A stretch of 64,000 nucleotides of DNA from Candidatus Altiarchaeota archaeon (GTDB lineage Archaea; Altiarchaeota; Altiarchaeia; IMC4; SCGC-AAA252-I15). Shown here piece by piece: positions 9,570-18,218 of this stretch. The first letter of the stretch is position 1, and the number at the start of each line of letters is the position of its first letter. A program made the translations under genes and the position numbers. The notes beneath the pieces were generated by a model. It made no database searches and had not been told where the DNA came from. It worked only from the letters and a program-made list of their open reading frames with translations. The DNA lies in the NCBI GenBank assembly GCA_043800705.1, contig JAZDMS010000034.1, positions 1,827 to 65,826 on the forward strand. The letters are read 5' to 3'.

Positions 9570-9974
9570 TCATAATATCTTCCCGCCGGAGACATCGATC
9601 ACTACGAATTCTATGCCCGAAAGCTGGGGGGTCTTCGACACTAGCTCCTTCACCTTCTGGGGGCTGCATTTGCTGTTGCCGGAGACAAGGAGCACCGCCA
9701 TCCTGGGTGAAAGCACCATGAGCTTCCACATGTGGCGGAATATGTCGTCCAAGAGGCCGAACTCCATCTCGAATGCGACGTTCGGCTCCACCCATACGAG
9801 GTCCACCCTGCCGAAGTTGTATGCGTTCCTTATCACGCTGGAGTCTTTGAGGGCGGTGAATCCCTGCTTTTCCCCGAGCGTCCGGTAGTATTCTATCAGC
9901 GCCCCCCGAAACGGCATCTTGCACTCCTTTAGGTGCGCCTTGAGGCCCGCGAAATCGGAGAGCAGCTCCTTCAA
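9570..9974 (-). CDS. Small protein with a putative PD-(D/E)XK-like fold
   Basis: GRVDLVW...VAFEME resembles a restriction-endonuclease-fold motif, but the catalytic Lys is not evident; start overlaps the nnr stop. Confidence 0.55.
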   Translation of the reverse strand: MKELLSDFAGLKAHLKECKMPFRGALIEYYRTLGEKQGFTALKDSSVIRNAYNFGRVDLVWVEPNVAFEMEFGLLDDIFRHMWKLMVLSPRMAVLLVSGNSKCSPQKVKELVSKTPQLSGIEFVVIDVSGGKIL

Positions 9975-11335
9975 CTCGATTCCTCCGCCAGGTCCATGCA
10001 GGCGCCTATGGCATCAGGGAGCCTTGAGATCACGTCCGTAGCTACCAGCGATACGCCGTATTCTTCTGCCGCGATGTCGCCTGCGAACCCGCTCAGGAAG
10101 GCGCCCGCGCATGCTGATTTCATCCTGTCGCCTGTTTGTGCCAGAAGGCCGCCTATGACGCCCGCCAACACGTCTCCCGTGCCTCCGACTGTCATATATG
10201 GATTTCCGCTCCGATTCAGCCTCGTCCCCTTCCCGTCGGAGACGACGTCGATGGCGCCCTTCAGGACTATGACCGAACCGGTCTTCTTCGCCCACCTGCA
10301 GGCATCCGCCTCGGGGTCTTCGAGGGAGCCGAATAGTTTTTTGAACTCGCCCTGATGAGGGGTGAGGACCATCCTGTCGGAAACCCATCTCCTGTCGGCG
10401 AGGCTGAGGGCGTCGGCGTCGACGACCACCGGCCTGTCGGCGTGCCTCATCAGGTATTCTACCGCCTTCCTGCTTTTTCTTCCGAGGCCGTTTCCGAACA
10501 CCAACGCGTCGGATTCCAGCTTGAGGACGGATTTGACGTCCGAGGGGGTGACATATTCCCTGCCCTTCAGTCTGTGGACGATGAGGTTCGGGTCGAAAGG
10601 CATCTTGTCTGCTACGTATCCGGGGACGCATACGTCGACGAGGTCGCAGCCGGCCCTCAATGCCGCCTGCGCTACGAGCATCGGAGTCCCTATGTAGTCC
10701 TTCGACCCCCCGACGACCATGAGGCGGCCGAAGTCTCCTTTGCGGCTGGACGCCTTGCGCTCTGGTATCGCCACGGCGACGTCGCCCGGACCGCAGTACT
10801 GCTCTGCCTCCGGGGGTATGCCTATGTCTACGACCCTGGCGCCGGGGACCTTTCCCTTGTGGAGGCTAATCACTTCGTCCGCCTCCACCAGACCAGCGGA
10901 CGGGACGTCCACGCTTATTTTCACCGCAGAAGATTCGTTCATCTCTTCGATTATGCCTTTCAGCGGCTCTTTGGGTTTGTCTCTGAATCCCGTACCCAGG
11001 AGCGCGTCGACTATGAGGTCGCAGCCTTTGAGCTCGAAGTCGCGCCTGGACTGGATGAATTCCACTGCCTCTTCAGGCAGCCTTCCGAGGTTGAGGAGGT
11101 TCAGCCTGCTTCGATCCGAGCCGTCCAGGACGTACGCCCGAGCCTTCGCCCCGGATTCAAGTAGGTATCTTGCAGCGACGAGACCGTCTCCGCCGTTGTT
11201 CCCCCTGCCGCAGAAGACTGCGATGCTACGGTAGCCCCTGCACGCCTCTGCTACCTGCCTGCCCGCATTCTCCATCAGCGACTCGACGCTGACACCAAGC
11301 CATGCGGCGTTGATATCCAGCGCCCGAGGGTCCAT
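9971..11335 (-). CDS. nnr: Bifunctional NAD(P)H-hydrate epimerase/dehydratase
   Basis: LMENAG, CGRGNNGGDG, VDALLGTG; KGDFG, VVDADAL, LTPHQGEF, GGTGDVLAG. Confidence 0.95.
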   Translation of the reverse strand: MDPRALDINAAWLGVSVESLMENAGRQVAEACRGYRSIAVFCGRGNNGGDGLVAARYLLESGAKARAYVLDGSDRSRLNLLNLGRLPEEAVEFIQSRRDFELKGCDLIVDALLGTGFRDKPKEPLKGIIEEMNESSAVKISVDVPSAGLVEADEVISLHKGKVPGARVVDIGIPPEAEQYCGPGDVAVAIPERKASSRKGDFGRLMVVGGSKDYIGTPMLVAQAALRAGCDLVDVCVPGYVADKMPFDPNLIVHRLKGREYVTPSDVKSVLKLESDALVFGNGLGRKSRKAVEYLMRHADRPVVVDADALSLADRRWVSDRMVLTPHQGEFKKLFGSLEDPEADACRWAKKTGSVIVLKGAIDVVSDGKGTRLNRSGNPYMTVGGTGDVLAGVIGGLLAQTGDRMKSACAGAFLSGFAGDIAAEEYGVSLVATDVISRLPDAIGACMDLAEESS

Positions 11336-11369
11336 GGGAATTAATTGAGCCTACGGGATAATAACCGGA

Positions 11370-11837
11370 TCAGCTGCAGCAGCCGATCCTCGTGCACGTC
11401 TGGATGGCGGGCATCAGGAGGCCTTCGTCGGAGAGGTAGTATTCTCCGAGTATCAGGCCCTCGTCGTCGGATGCGGTGACATACCATCCGTTGCGCTGAT
11501 ATTTCTCGCGCTGGGTGCGGTATTTGACGAAGACCTTTCTGCCCCATCCGAGGGGGTAGTCTGGGGATGTGCCTTCTTTAACCTTCTCCGAATAGGCGAC
11601 CTTGAGTCTCCTGATGTTTTTCTTCACAAGCTCTACCGCTTCATCTGCAGAGGCGGCCTTGCCCGCGTATAGCGCTAAATCGTCTCTGAAGTACATCTGG
11701 CACGGCAGAGGTTCCGGGTATTCGCTGACGTTCAGGACGACGACCTCCTCCGTCGGGAAGAACGGCAGGGGGCTGAGGACGTAGATGAATGCGAGAGCAA
11801 GGATTGCTCCGACCAAGACCCACCACGCGCTGTTCAC
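11370..11837 (-). CDS. Hypothetical membrane-anchored protein
   Basis: N-terminal hydrophobic anchor; Cys-containing C-terminus (CTRIGCCS). Confidence 0.6.
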   Translation of the reverse strand: MNSAWWVLVGAILALAFIYVLSPLPFFPTEEVVVLNVSEYPEPLPCQMYFRDDLALYAGKAASADEAVELVKKNIRRLKVAYSEKVKEGTSPDYPLGWGRKVFVKYRTQREKYQRNGWYVTASDDEGLILGEYYLSDEGLLMPAIQTCTRIGCCS

Positions 11838-11888
11838 GGATAACGTATGGATTCAGGTTAATAAAATGACGAGACTGAACCTAACATC

Positions 11889-11916
11889 GAAGACTGAAAA
11901 CTGAGAACTGAAAACT
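11889..11916. repeat. Heptamer tandem repeat directly after the cdc48 stop
   Basis: GAAGACT GAAAACT GAGAACT GAAAACT abutting TCA; the minus strand reads TGA AGTTTTC AGTTCTC AGTTTTC AGTCTTC. Confidence 0.85.
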
Positions 11917-14091
11917 TCACATGTACGCCGGTATCTTCTCGTCCCTTTTTCCGCGTTTGAACCCCTTTTCGTAGCTTTTCGCCTCGTCTTGGGTGACGGA
12001 GGGCCTGACTTCCTGGAAGGCCTTCTCGAAGTGTTTGGAGTCCACGTGGGATGCGGCCGTATCCTCCCTCATGGCAGCCATCGCGGCCTCCCTGCAGAGG
12101 GCTTCTATGTCGGCTCCGGTGTAGCCTTCGGTCTTGCGGGCGAGCTCTTCGACGTTGACTGCCCGCAGGGGCATCCCCTTCGTGTGCACGCGCAGGATCT
12201 CCTCCCTCGCCTCCTTGTCGGGAAGCGGGACGAGGACGAGGCGGTCGAATCTGCCTGGCCTGAGCATGCTGGGATCCAGCATGTCAGGGCGGTTCGTCGC
12301 CCCCAGGATTATGACGTTCTCCAGGCGTTCTATGCCGTCCATCTCGGTGAGTATCTGGTTGACTACGGTCTCGGTGACGTGGGAGCCGAACTCCATCCCC
12401 CGCCTGGGGGCCATCGCGTCCATCTCGTCGAAGAATATGATCGTGGGGGCGGTCTGCCTCGCTTTCTTGAAGATTTCCCTTATGCCCTTCTCGGATTCGC
12501 CGACCCATTTTGAGAGGAGCTCCGGCCCCTTGATGGCTATGAAGTTCGCCTCCGACTCGGTGGCGACCGCCTTTGCCAGCATCGTCTTCCCGCAGCCTGG
12601 GGGGCCGTACAAGAGGACCGCCTTCGGGGGGTTTATCCCAAGTCGCGTGAACGCCTCCGGCTTCTTGAGGGGCCATTCGACGGCCTCCATCAATTCCTCC
12701 TTGACCTTCTTCAGGCCGCCGATGTCCGTCCAGTGGACATCTGGGACTTCGACCATTACTTCCCGCAGGGCGGATGGTTCGACCACCTTCAATGCCTCGT
12801 TGAAGTCCTCCTTCGTGACCTGCAAAGTCTCCAGGACCTCCGCGGGTATGGTCTCGCTGTCGAGGTCGATCTTGGGCAGTATCCGCTTGAGCGCGTGCAT
12901 CGCGGCCTCGCGGCCGATCGCCGAGAGGTCGGCGCCTACGAAGCCGTGCGTAATCTTGGCTATCCGGTCTATGTCGACGTCCTCCGACATCGGCATGCCC
13001 CGGGTGTGTATCTGGAGTATCTCCTTCCTGCCGTTGACGTCAGGCACGCCTATCTCGATCTCCCTGTCGAATCGGCCGGGCCTCCTGAGCGCGGGGTCGA
13101 GCGAGTCCGGTCTGTTCGTGGCTGCGAGGACTATCACGTTGCCCCGGCTTACGAGGCCGTCCATCAGGGCCAGAAGCTGGGCGACAACCCTCCGTTCGAC
13201 TTCGCCCTTGGTCTCGTCCCTCTTGGGGGCGATGGAGTCGAGCTCGTCTATGAATATGATCGATGGCGCGTTCTGCTGGGCATCATCGAATATGTCGCGG
13301 AGCTTCCGCTCGGATTCGCCGTAGAACTTGTCCATGATTTCGGGGCCGTTCAGGTGCAGGAAGTGGGCGTTCGATTCCGATGCGACGGCTTTGGCCAGGA
13401 GGGTTTTGCCTGTTCCTGGGGGGCCATATAGTAGTACGCCTTTTGGGGGTTTGATACCTAGTTTTTCGAACAGCTCCGGGTGCTTCATCGGCAGCTCCAC
13501 CATCTCCCGGACCCTCGACACCTCGTCCTTGAGGCCTCCTATGTCCTCATACCTGATGGCGAGGCCCGCAATCGACTGCGGAGACATGGGCTTGTTCTTC
13601 ACCTCGACGACGGTGTGTTCGTTGATTGTGACCACGCCCTCCGGCTTCGTGACGCCGATGGTGAACGAAATCGGCTGGTTCAATACCGTGATATAGAATA
13701 TGTCGCCCGAAATGACGGGCCTGCCCATCATCACCCGCTGCTTGATGTATGCGTTGAAGTCCTCGCCGAACTTTATCTGCTGCTCAGTCGGGGCGATAAC
13801 GACCTTCTTCGCGGGCTTAACGTCCGCCTTCCTGACCCTGATCTTGTCGCCGAGGGATGCGCCCGAGTTCTGGCGGATCGTGCCATCCATCCTGGCAATT
13901 CCGCGGCCGTCGTCCTCCTGATGCGTCTGCCAGACCTTGGCCGTGGTCGTCCTGCGGCCCTCGACCTCGACTATGTCCCCGGTCGTGACGTCGATCCGTT
14001 TCGCCGACATGGAATCGATCCTAACGATGCCGCGGCCTACGTCGTTCTGCAGCGCCTCTGCGACCTTCAACTCGATTTCCTTCTCAGACAT
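11917..14091 (-). CDS. cdc48: CDC48/VCP AAA+ ATPase
   Basis: N-domain plus two AAA modules (GPPGTGKT, GPPGCGKT, IIFIDE, RPGRFDR); C-terminal AYM HbYX-like motif. Start MSEKE at 14091 with TTTAAA about 26 nt upstream. Confidence 0.97.
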   Translation of the reverse strand: MSEKEIELKVAEALQNDVGRGIVRIDSMSAKRIDVTTGDIVEVEGRRTTTAKVWQTHQEDDGRGIARMDGTIRQNSGASLGDKIRVRKADVKPAKKVVIAPTEQQIKFGEDFNAYIKQRVMMGRPVISGDIFYITVLNQPISFTIGVTKPEGVVTINEHTVVEVKNKPMSPQSIAGLAIRYEDIGGLKDEVSRVREMVELPMKHPELFEKLGIKPPKGVLLYGPPGTGKTLLAKAVASESNAHFLHLNGPEIMDKFYGESERKLRDIFDDAQQNAPSIIFIDELDSIAPKRDETKGEVERRVVAQLLALMDGLVSRGNVIVLAATNRPDSLDPALRRPGRFDREIEIGVPDVNGRKEILQIHTRGMPMSEDVDIDRIAKITHGFVGADLSAIGREAAMHALKRILPKIDLDSETIPAEVLETLQVTKEDFNEALKVVEPSALREVMVEVPDVHWTDIGGLKKVKEELMEAVEWPLKKPEAFTRLGINPPKAVLLYGPPGCGKTMLAKAVATESEANFIAIKGPELLSKWVGESEKGIREIFKKARQTAPTIIFFDEMDAMAPRRGMEFGSHVTETVVNQILTEMDGIERLENVIILGATNRPDMLDPSMLRPGRFDRLVLVPLPDKEAREEILRVHTKGMPLRAVNVEELARKTEGYTGADIEALCREAAMAAMREDTAASHVDSKHFEKAFQEVRPSVTQDEAKSYEKGFKRGKRDEKIPAYM

Positions 14092-14211
14092 CGGGTAGTA
14101 TATAGTACGGGACGCCTTTAAATACTTTGTGATTACCCATAGGTTAGCCTGTATAGTGGTTTTTTGCTTTGTCACTGCCAGCCTGCAGCCTAATGCCTTG
14201 GCCTGTGGAAA

Positions 14212-14371
14212 GACGACAGAGGACTGGAGACAGAGGACCGAGGACGGGAGACCGGAGACAGTAAACTGAGGACGGGAGACAGGATGCCGGTCTTCGGTTT
14301 TCAGTTTTCGGTTTTCGGTCTTCAGTCACCGCTATCTTAGAGGGAGGACTGAGGACCGAAGACTGAGGACG
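14212..14371. repeat. Largest heptamer array: three alternating-orientation blocks (about 21 units)
   Basis: About 10 GRRRACN units (14212-14281), GGATGCC, 6 RGTYYYC-type units (14289-14330), 13-nt spacer, 4 GARGACN units (14344-14371). Confidence 0.9.
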
Positions 14372-14382
14372 TAATAGTGTTG

Positions 14383-14469
14383 GGTTGGGGCCGGAGGGGG
14401 TGTCCTGTGTTCGATGTCCTTCTCATCTAGGGGGGTGAGAAAGAAATAAATCCCATACCGACCCCAACC
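14383..14469 (-). ncRNA. Candidate small RNA (about 90 nt) with paired ends
   Basis: Minus strand GGUUGGGGUCGG pairs with CCGGCCCCAACC (12 bp; one G-U that would be C-A on plus); inner UUCUCA/UGAGAA hairpin; TTAAATA about 25 nt upstream. Confidence 0.5.
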
Positions 14470-14514
14470 TTATGTACTAAATTGTGTCCGCCGATATTTA
14501 ATCTAAATAGATAA

Positions 14515-14676
14515 CGCCGGTTACTATGGCATAAGACCGGGCTGTTCCGATGCCGTGCCCCGGGGAACGGACCAAACTGCCGGCTCAGGGTTCATATGGC
14601 CTAAATCCCCGCCTAACGCGTATGCTTGAACGGGTTGTATGAGCCGTTATCCCGCATTTTCCGATAGGAACCGGCG
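14515..14676 (+). ncRNA. Candidate multi-stem RNA (about 160 nt)
   Basis: Terminal stem CGCCGGTT-A-CTAT / ATAG-G-AACCGGCG; inner stems CTGTTCC/GGAACGG, CGGCTCA/TGAGCCG, GTTCA/TGAAC; G-U pairs favour plus; T-run follows. Confidence 0.45.
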
Positions 14677-14719
14677 AGGGCTATGTTTTTCAAGTATATG
14701 GGACGAAGGTTTTTATGGG

Positions 14720-15880
14720 TCAGTCCTTCATGTACTCCCGTAGGAGGACGGTGGCATAGCTCCCCTTCCCGAGGCTGAAGCCGAACGTCGCATCGCCCCC
14801 TTCGAGGGAGTATGTGAAATCTTCCGCAACCGAGTATGCGTCCCTGTATTCGCCCTTACTTGCCAGCTCCCCCATGCCCGCGACCTTGAAATTTTCGCGG
14901 CGTATGCCGTCTGCTTCCAGAATCCTCGCTGAAATGTCGTCGGCCTCTACATCCCACCCGACAAGGGGCAGTGACTCAACTGTCAGGCCTCTGCGGATGC
15001 ATTCGCTCAGGGCCCTGTTGAAGATGTGGCTCTGGTAGGCGTGGATGAACATCTTCTGAAGGCCCCCCGGAAAGGTCCTCAGCGCCCCTTGCCAGTCGCC
15101 GGGATATTGGATGAGATGGTTGAGGAGGGATTTCTCGTACCCCAGGTTGGTTGGAAAATTTTCCAATGCGGCCTGGAAATCCCTGGATTCTGCTAAGGAG
15201 TCTCGAAGGGCCGTCGTATCCGGACCCTCTCCTTCGAACGATTTGCCGACGTATGTCAACACCGCGCCTTCGAAGTCGCCCACCAGCATCATCTTCCCGA
15301 CCTCGTGTGTTATGGGCCGGACGTCGCCGAACCTCTGATGCCCGTAGAAGTTCGGGAATCCGGATGTCAATTGGGCTGAGGTGGCTTCGATGAGGTCCTT
15401 CGCTCCGGGCTTGACGCCCCTAACTTTGATGGTGAATCGGTTGCCTTTGAGGCTGCCAAGGCCGAGGTTCTCGTCGGCGTATGTGAAGTCCTTGAGTACG
15501 ATGTCCTTGATCTTCACGCCCCTGAGCCGCTCGAGCGGTACCTTGTATGCAGAGACCCTCTGGGCGGTAAAAGCCCGCTTGTCCTTTGTGCCTGCGAACT
15601 GGAAGCGGTCCCTTGATACCCCGATCCTCTGGGCGACCTCCTTCAAGGCCCTCATCGTGTCCCAGTTCTCCTTGACGAGGGTGAAATGTGTATAGGCTCC
15701 GGGGGACATGTCGCCCGGCTTGTCGCCGTCGAAGCCGAGGACCGCGCCCTCCGGAGTGATCTCCGCGACCATGAAATCCCCAGGCTCCCCCTTGATGGTG
15801 CCGCCGATGCCGGAGGTGGACGAGACATATTCCGCCATTCCTATGTAGATGTCGCGCGCCGGAGGTCTTATTCGGGCCAT
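14720..15880 (-). CDS. truD: tRNA pseudouridine(13) synthase TruD
   Basis: FAGTKDKRAFTAQ, GNRFTI, FPNFYGHQRFG, GSYATVLLRE; start taken at MARIRPP. Confidence 0.95.
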   Translation of the reverse strand: MARIRPPARDIYIGMAEYVSSTSGIGGTIKGEPGDFMVAEITPEGAVLGFDGDKPGDMSPGAYTHFTLVKENWDTMRALKEVAQRIGVSRDRFQFAGTKDKRAFTAQRVSAYKVPLERLRGVKIKDIVLKDFTYADENLGLGSLKGNRFTIKVRGVKPGAKDLIEATSAQLTSGFPNFYGHQRFGDVRPITHEVGKMMLVGDFEGAVLTYVGKSFEGEGPDTTALRDSLAESRDFQAALENFPTNLGYEKSLLNHLIQYPGDWQGALRTFPGGLQKMFIHAYQSHIFNRALSECIRRGLTVESLPLVGWDVEADDISARILEADGIRRENFKVAGMGELASKGEYRDAYSVAEDFTYSLEGGDATFGFSLGKGSYATVLLREYMKD

Positions 15881-15950
15881 CACATTAGAATACGGAACAG
15901 CCATAAATGAGCTGCAGAGGCGAGTCAAGGGAGAAATTAGCCTTGGCAGA

Positions 15951-16538
15951 TCAGGGCCTGTCCACGATTATCGCCCGTGTATTTGGGATTTTGCCCTTCA
16001 GTAGCCTGGTTAGGGACTCCAATTCTTTCCCGCGGTCAATTCCGTCGGTTGCCTTAAGCGGGATCGTAATCTTCCGGAGGCCAAGCCCCTCCTCGACAGG
16101 CCCTACCGTCTCAAGAATGCAAGCGGAGATGGACTCTCCCCAGATTTCACAAGGCGTCTCTGGGCTTATCCCCAAGTCTCTTTTGGCCAATTCGGTTTTA
16201 AGCATGCTGATGCTGCTCATGTCGTTATCATCGAAGAGAAAACTGGGACTTGGCAACACTATCAGCCGCCTTCCGCCGAGCCTCTCCTTCGCGTAATTTT
16301 CAACCTCGGTCCAGACCCTCTTTCTGCGATAATCGTCTTTATATTCCCTCTCCCTTGAAGGGGAAAATACGGCCAAAACATCTTCCTGGCCGAGAAAGTC
16401 GATCTTCCCCTTATACACTTCAAGCAAACGTTCGCCCATTACCCTGTCCTGGGCAGTTAGTGGAGCCTCAGGCTCTATGTGTTCGCTGTAGAAGCCAAAA
16501 CACGGATGGAGGAGTATATGCAGCCTGCCAACCTTCAT
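15951..16538 (-). CDS. Hypothetical protein (possible degenerate isochorismatase-like fold)
   Basis: 195-aa ORF filling the gap; ILLHP and EIWGESISACI motifs. Confidence 0.55.
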   Translation of the reverse strand: MKVGRLHILLHPCFGFYSEHIEPEAPLTAQDRVMGERLLEVYKGKIDFLGQEDVLAVFSPSREREYKDDYRRKRVWTEVENYAKERLGGRRLIVLPSPSFLFDDNDMSSISMLKTELAKRDLGISPETPCEIWGESISACILETVGPVEEGLGLRKITIPLKATDGIDRGKELESLTRLLKGKIPNTRAIIVDRP

Positions 16539-16638
16539 AATAATCAGATGTCTTAGATGCTATAATAGCCCACTTGTCCAGAATCATCCGGTTAAGCCTT
16601 ACGCTGCCATTTATTCCAGGCATCACATAATATTCTGC

Positions 16639-16923
16639 ATGTCGCTAAATGAACTCCAAATGCAGGTGAAGGCCTACGACAGGAAGAAGGGATGGTCTAA
16701 GGACACACCCGAGGAGGCCCTCATCCACATGCAGGAGGAGCTCGGCGAGATAGCCAGGGAAATCCTCAAGAAACGCGGATACAAGAAGGGCGGATACGAG
16801 CCGGACAGGCTCAACGACGAGATGACGGACCTCATATACCTCACCATGAAGCTCGGAAACCTCCTCGACCTCGACCTAGAAAAGGGATGGGGCAGGATGG
16901 AGAAGAGGTTCGAGGGAAAGTGA
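16639..16923 (+). CDS. MazG-like nucleotide pyrophosphohydrolase
   Basis: EELGEIA...DEMTD (EExGE...ExxD). Confidence 0.85.
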   Translation: MSLNELQMQVKAYDRKKGWSKDTPEEALIHMQEELGEIAREILKKRGYKKGGYEPDRLNDEMTDLIYLTMKLGNLLDLDLEKGWGRMEKRFEGK

Positions 16924-16964
16924 TTTTTCTGCTGGATTTTAATTAGTCCGTCTCAGTCGGTTAT

Positions 16965-18134
16965 ATGGGCAGTCTCCACGGCGACGTGCGGCCATACAAA
17001 GGTGGAGAAGTCAAGCCGTATCATGGCGGAGAAGTGAAGCCGTTCCCCCACAGGAATCCTTTCGAGACCGCTCCGAAGAACGCAGAGCGTAGCATGAACG
17101 CCGTCATCAATCCCATAATAGCCAAACTGGAAGCGCATGGGATTATGCCCTCGCAGGACAAACACGGAAAATATGACCGCAGATCCTACCGCAACGTCAA
17201 AGAGCACCTGGACACCTACGACCTTGCGGCGATCGAGTATACATACGACGATGTCCGCCGCCTGCTCACCGACCCTTGGGCGAACATGTTCAGAAGGCCC
17301 CTCCTAAGCGGCATAACATACGACCACCTCAGGAATTACCCCGCCTCGACTGATAACCAGAGAGGCCTCAGGGACGCCGTCATACGGTCGGCGAAGGGCT
17401 ACGGATGGGAATACTACCATTCTGACGAGAGACAGGAATGGTACGAGGTCATCAGCCGCATAAAGGCGGACAAGCATTATTCGCGGGCGATGGGGAACAC
17501 GCTGGCGCTCAGGTATGAGGGGGTCGCGAAGCAGATGTACGAGCTCAACGAGGACTTCTACAGGGACAAGGGGGAAGGTCGCGACTGGATAACCGACGTG
17601 GGGCACGGGATCACGCAGGTCACCTGGCCGGCGATTCTGGTCGTCCCACTCGAGGACGAGATCGTCCTGAAGCGGCCCATAAGGCACCTCCTCGTGGAGG
17701 ACCAGATACGTTCGCTGTGGCCGGCCCTTTTCAGGAAGAGTCTGGGATACCTCAGTTATCCCAACGACGATAGCAGGGTATGTCCGACCGCGGAGAAGGC
17801 GATTGAAATTCTGGAAGGAAATCCGCCGCCCGACGTCATCACCACCGACATCGAACTGGGCAAGGGGATGGACGGCCTTGAATTCGCCGAAAGGGCGAGG
17901 AAGCTGCTTCGGCCAAGGACGCAGATCTACGTATACTCGAGTTATATCCCGGAGCATGAGGGACGACTAAAGGAGATGGTGAAGGAGGGCATATTGCAGG
18001 GATACTTCAGCAAACAAGGCTATGAGCCCAGGCTGAAGGCCATGGTGGCGGACGAGACGATACAGGGGTATTTCAGCAAGCACGGATTCCACATAGACCA
18101 ACTCACAAGTGAAATCAACAAGCGCCTGGATTAA
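16965..18134 (+). CDS. Orphan protein with a C-terminal response-regulator receiver domain
   Basis: LLVED, DVITTDIELGKGMDGLEF, VYSS, YFSK; N-terminal 8-aa repeats and a duplicated 22-aa C-terminal segment. Confidence 0.7.
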   Translation: MGSLHGDVRPYKGGEVKPYHGGEVKPFPHRNPFETAPKNAERSMNAVINPIIAKLEAHGIMPSQDKHGKYDRRSYRNVKEHLDTYDLAAIEYTYDDVRRLLTDPWANMFRRPLLSGITYDHLRNYPASTDNQRGLRDAVIRSAKGYGWEYYHSDERQEWYEVISRIKADKHYSRAMGNTLALRYEGVAKQMYELNEDFYRDKGEGRDWITDVGHGITQVTWPAILVVPLEDEIVLKRPIRHLLVEDQIRSLWPALFRKSLGYLSYPNDDSRVCPTAEKAIEILEGNPPPDVITTDIELGKGMDGLEFAERARKLLRPRTQIYVYSSYIPEHEGRLKEMVKEGILQGYFSKQGYEPRLKAMVADETIQGYFSKHGFHIDQLTSEINKRLD

Positions 18135-18170
18135 GTCAGGATATAAGCGATTGTTCAATTAGATTATCAG

Positions 18171-18215
18171 ATGGATCCTTGGACCGTCGGCGAGGTGGCC
18201 GATTGTTGGGGCTGA
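18171..18215 (+). pseudogene. Relic copy of the trpS 5' end
   Basis: ATGGATCCTTGGACCGTCGGCGAGGTGGCCGATT (MDPWTVGEVAD) versus trpS 19250 ATGGACCCGTGGACCGTCGGCGAGATAGCCGATT (MDPWTVGEIAD); then loses frame and stops at TGA. Confidence 0.8.
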
Positions 18216-18218
18216 CTG

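Noticed and set aside
12134-13324. 396-aa plus-strand ORF, and the similar 55253-56251 ORF
   Set aside because: Ser-rich antisense shadows of cdc48 and the DUF362 gene.
14144-14329. 61-aa ORF MTEDRKPKTENRR...
   Set aside because: It is the translation of the heptamer repeat; the same pseudo-peptide (TENCKPETEN) appears in ORF 9331-9924 over another array.
14212-14371. Possible CRISPR array
   Set aside because: Units are contiguous 7-mers with no 23-47-bp repeat, no unique spacers and no cas genes.
14515-14676. RNase P RNA on the minus strand (GGAAAAUGCGGG ... AACAGCCCGGUCUUAU)
   Set aside because: The resemblance to the P4 strands is loose, the P4 pairing contains mismatches, the element is short, and G-U pairs favour the other strand.
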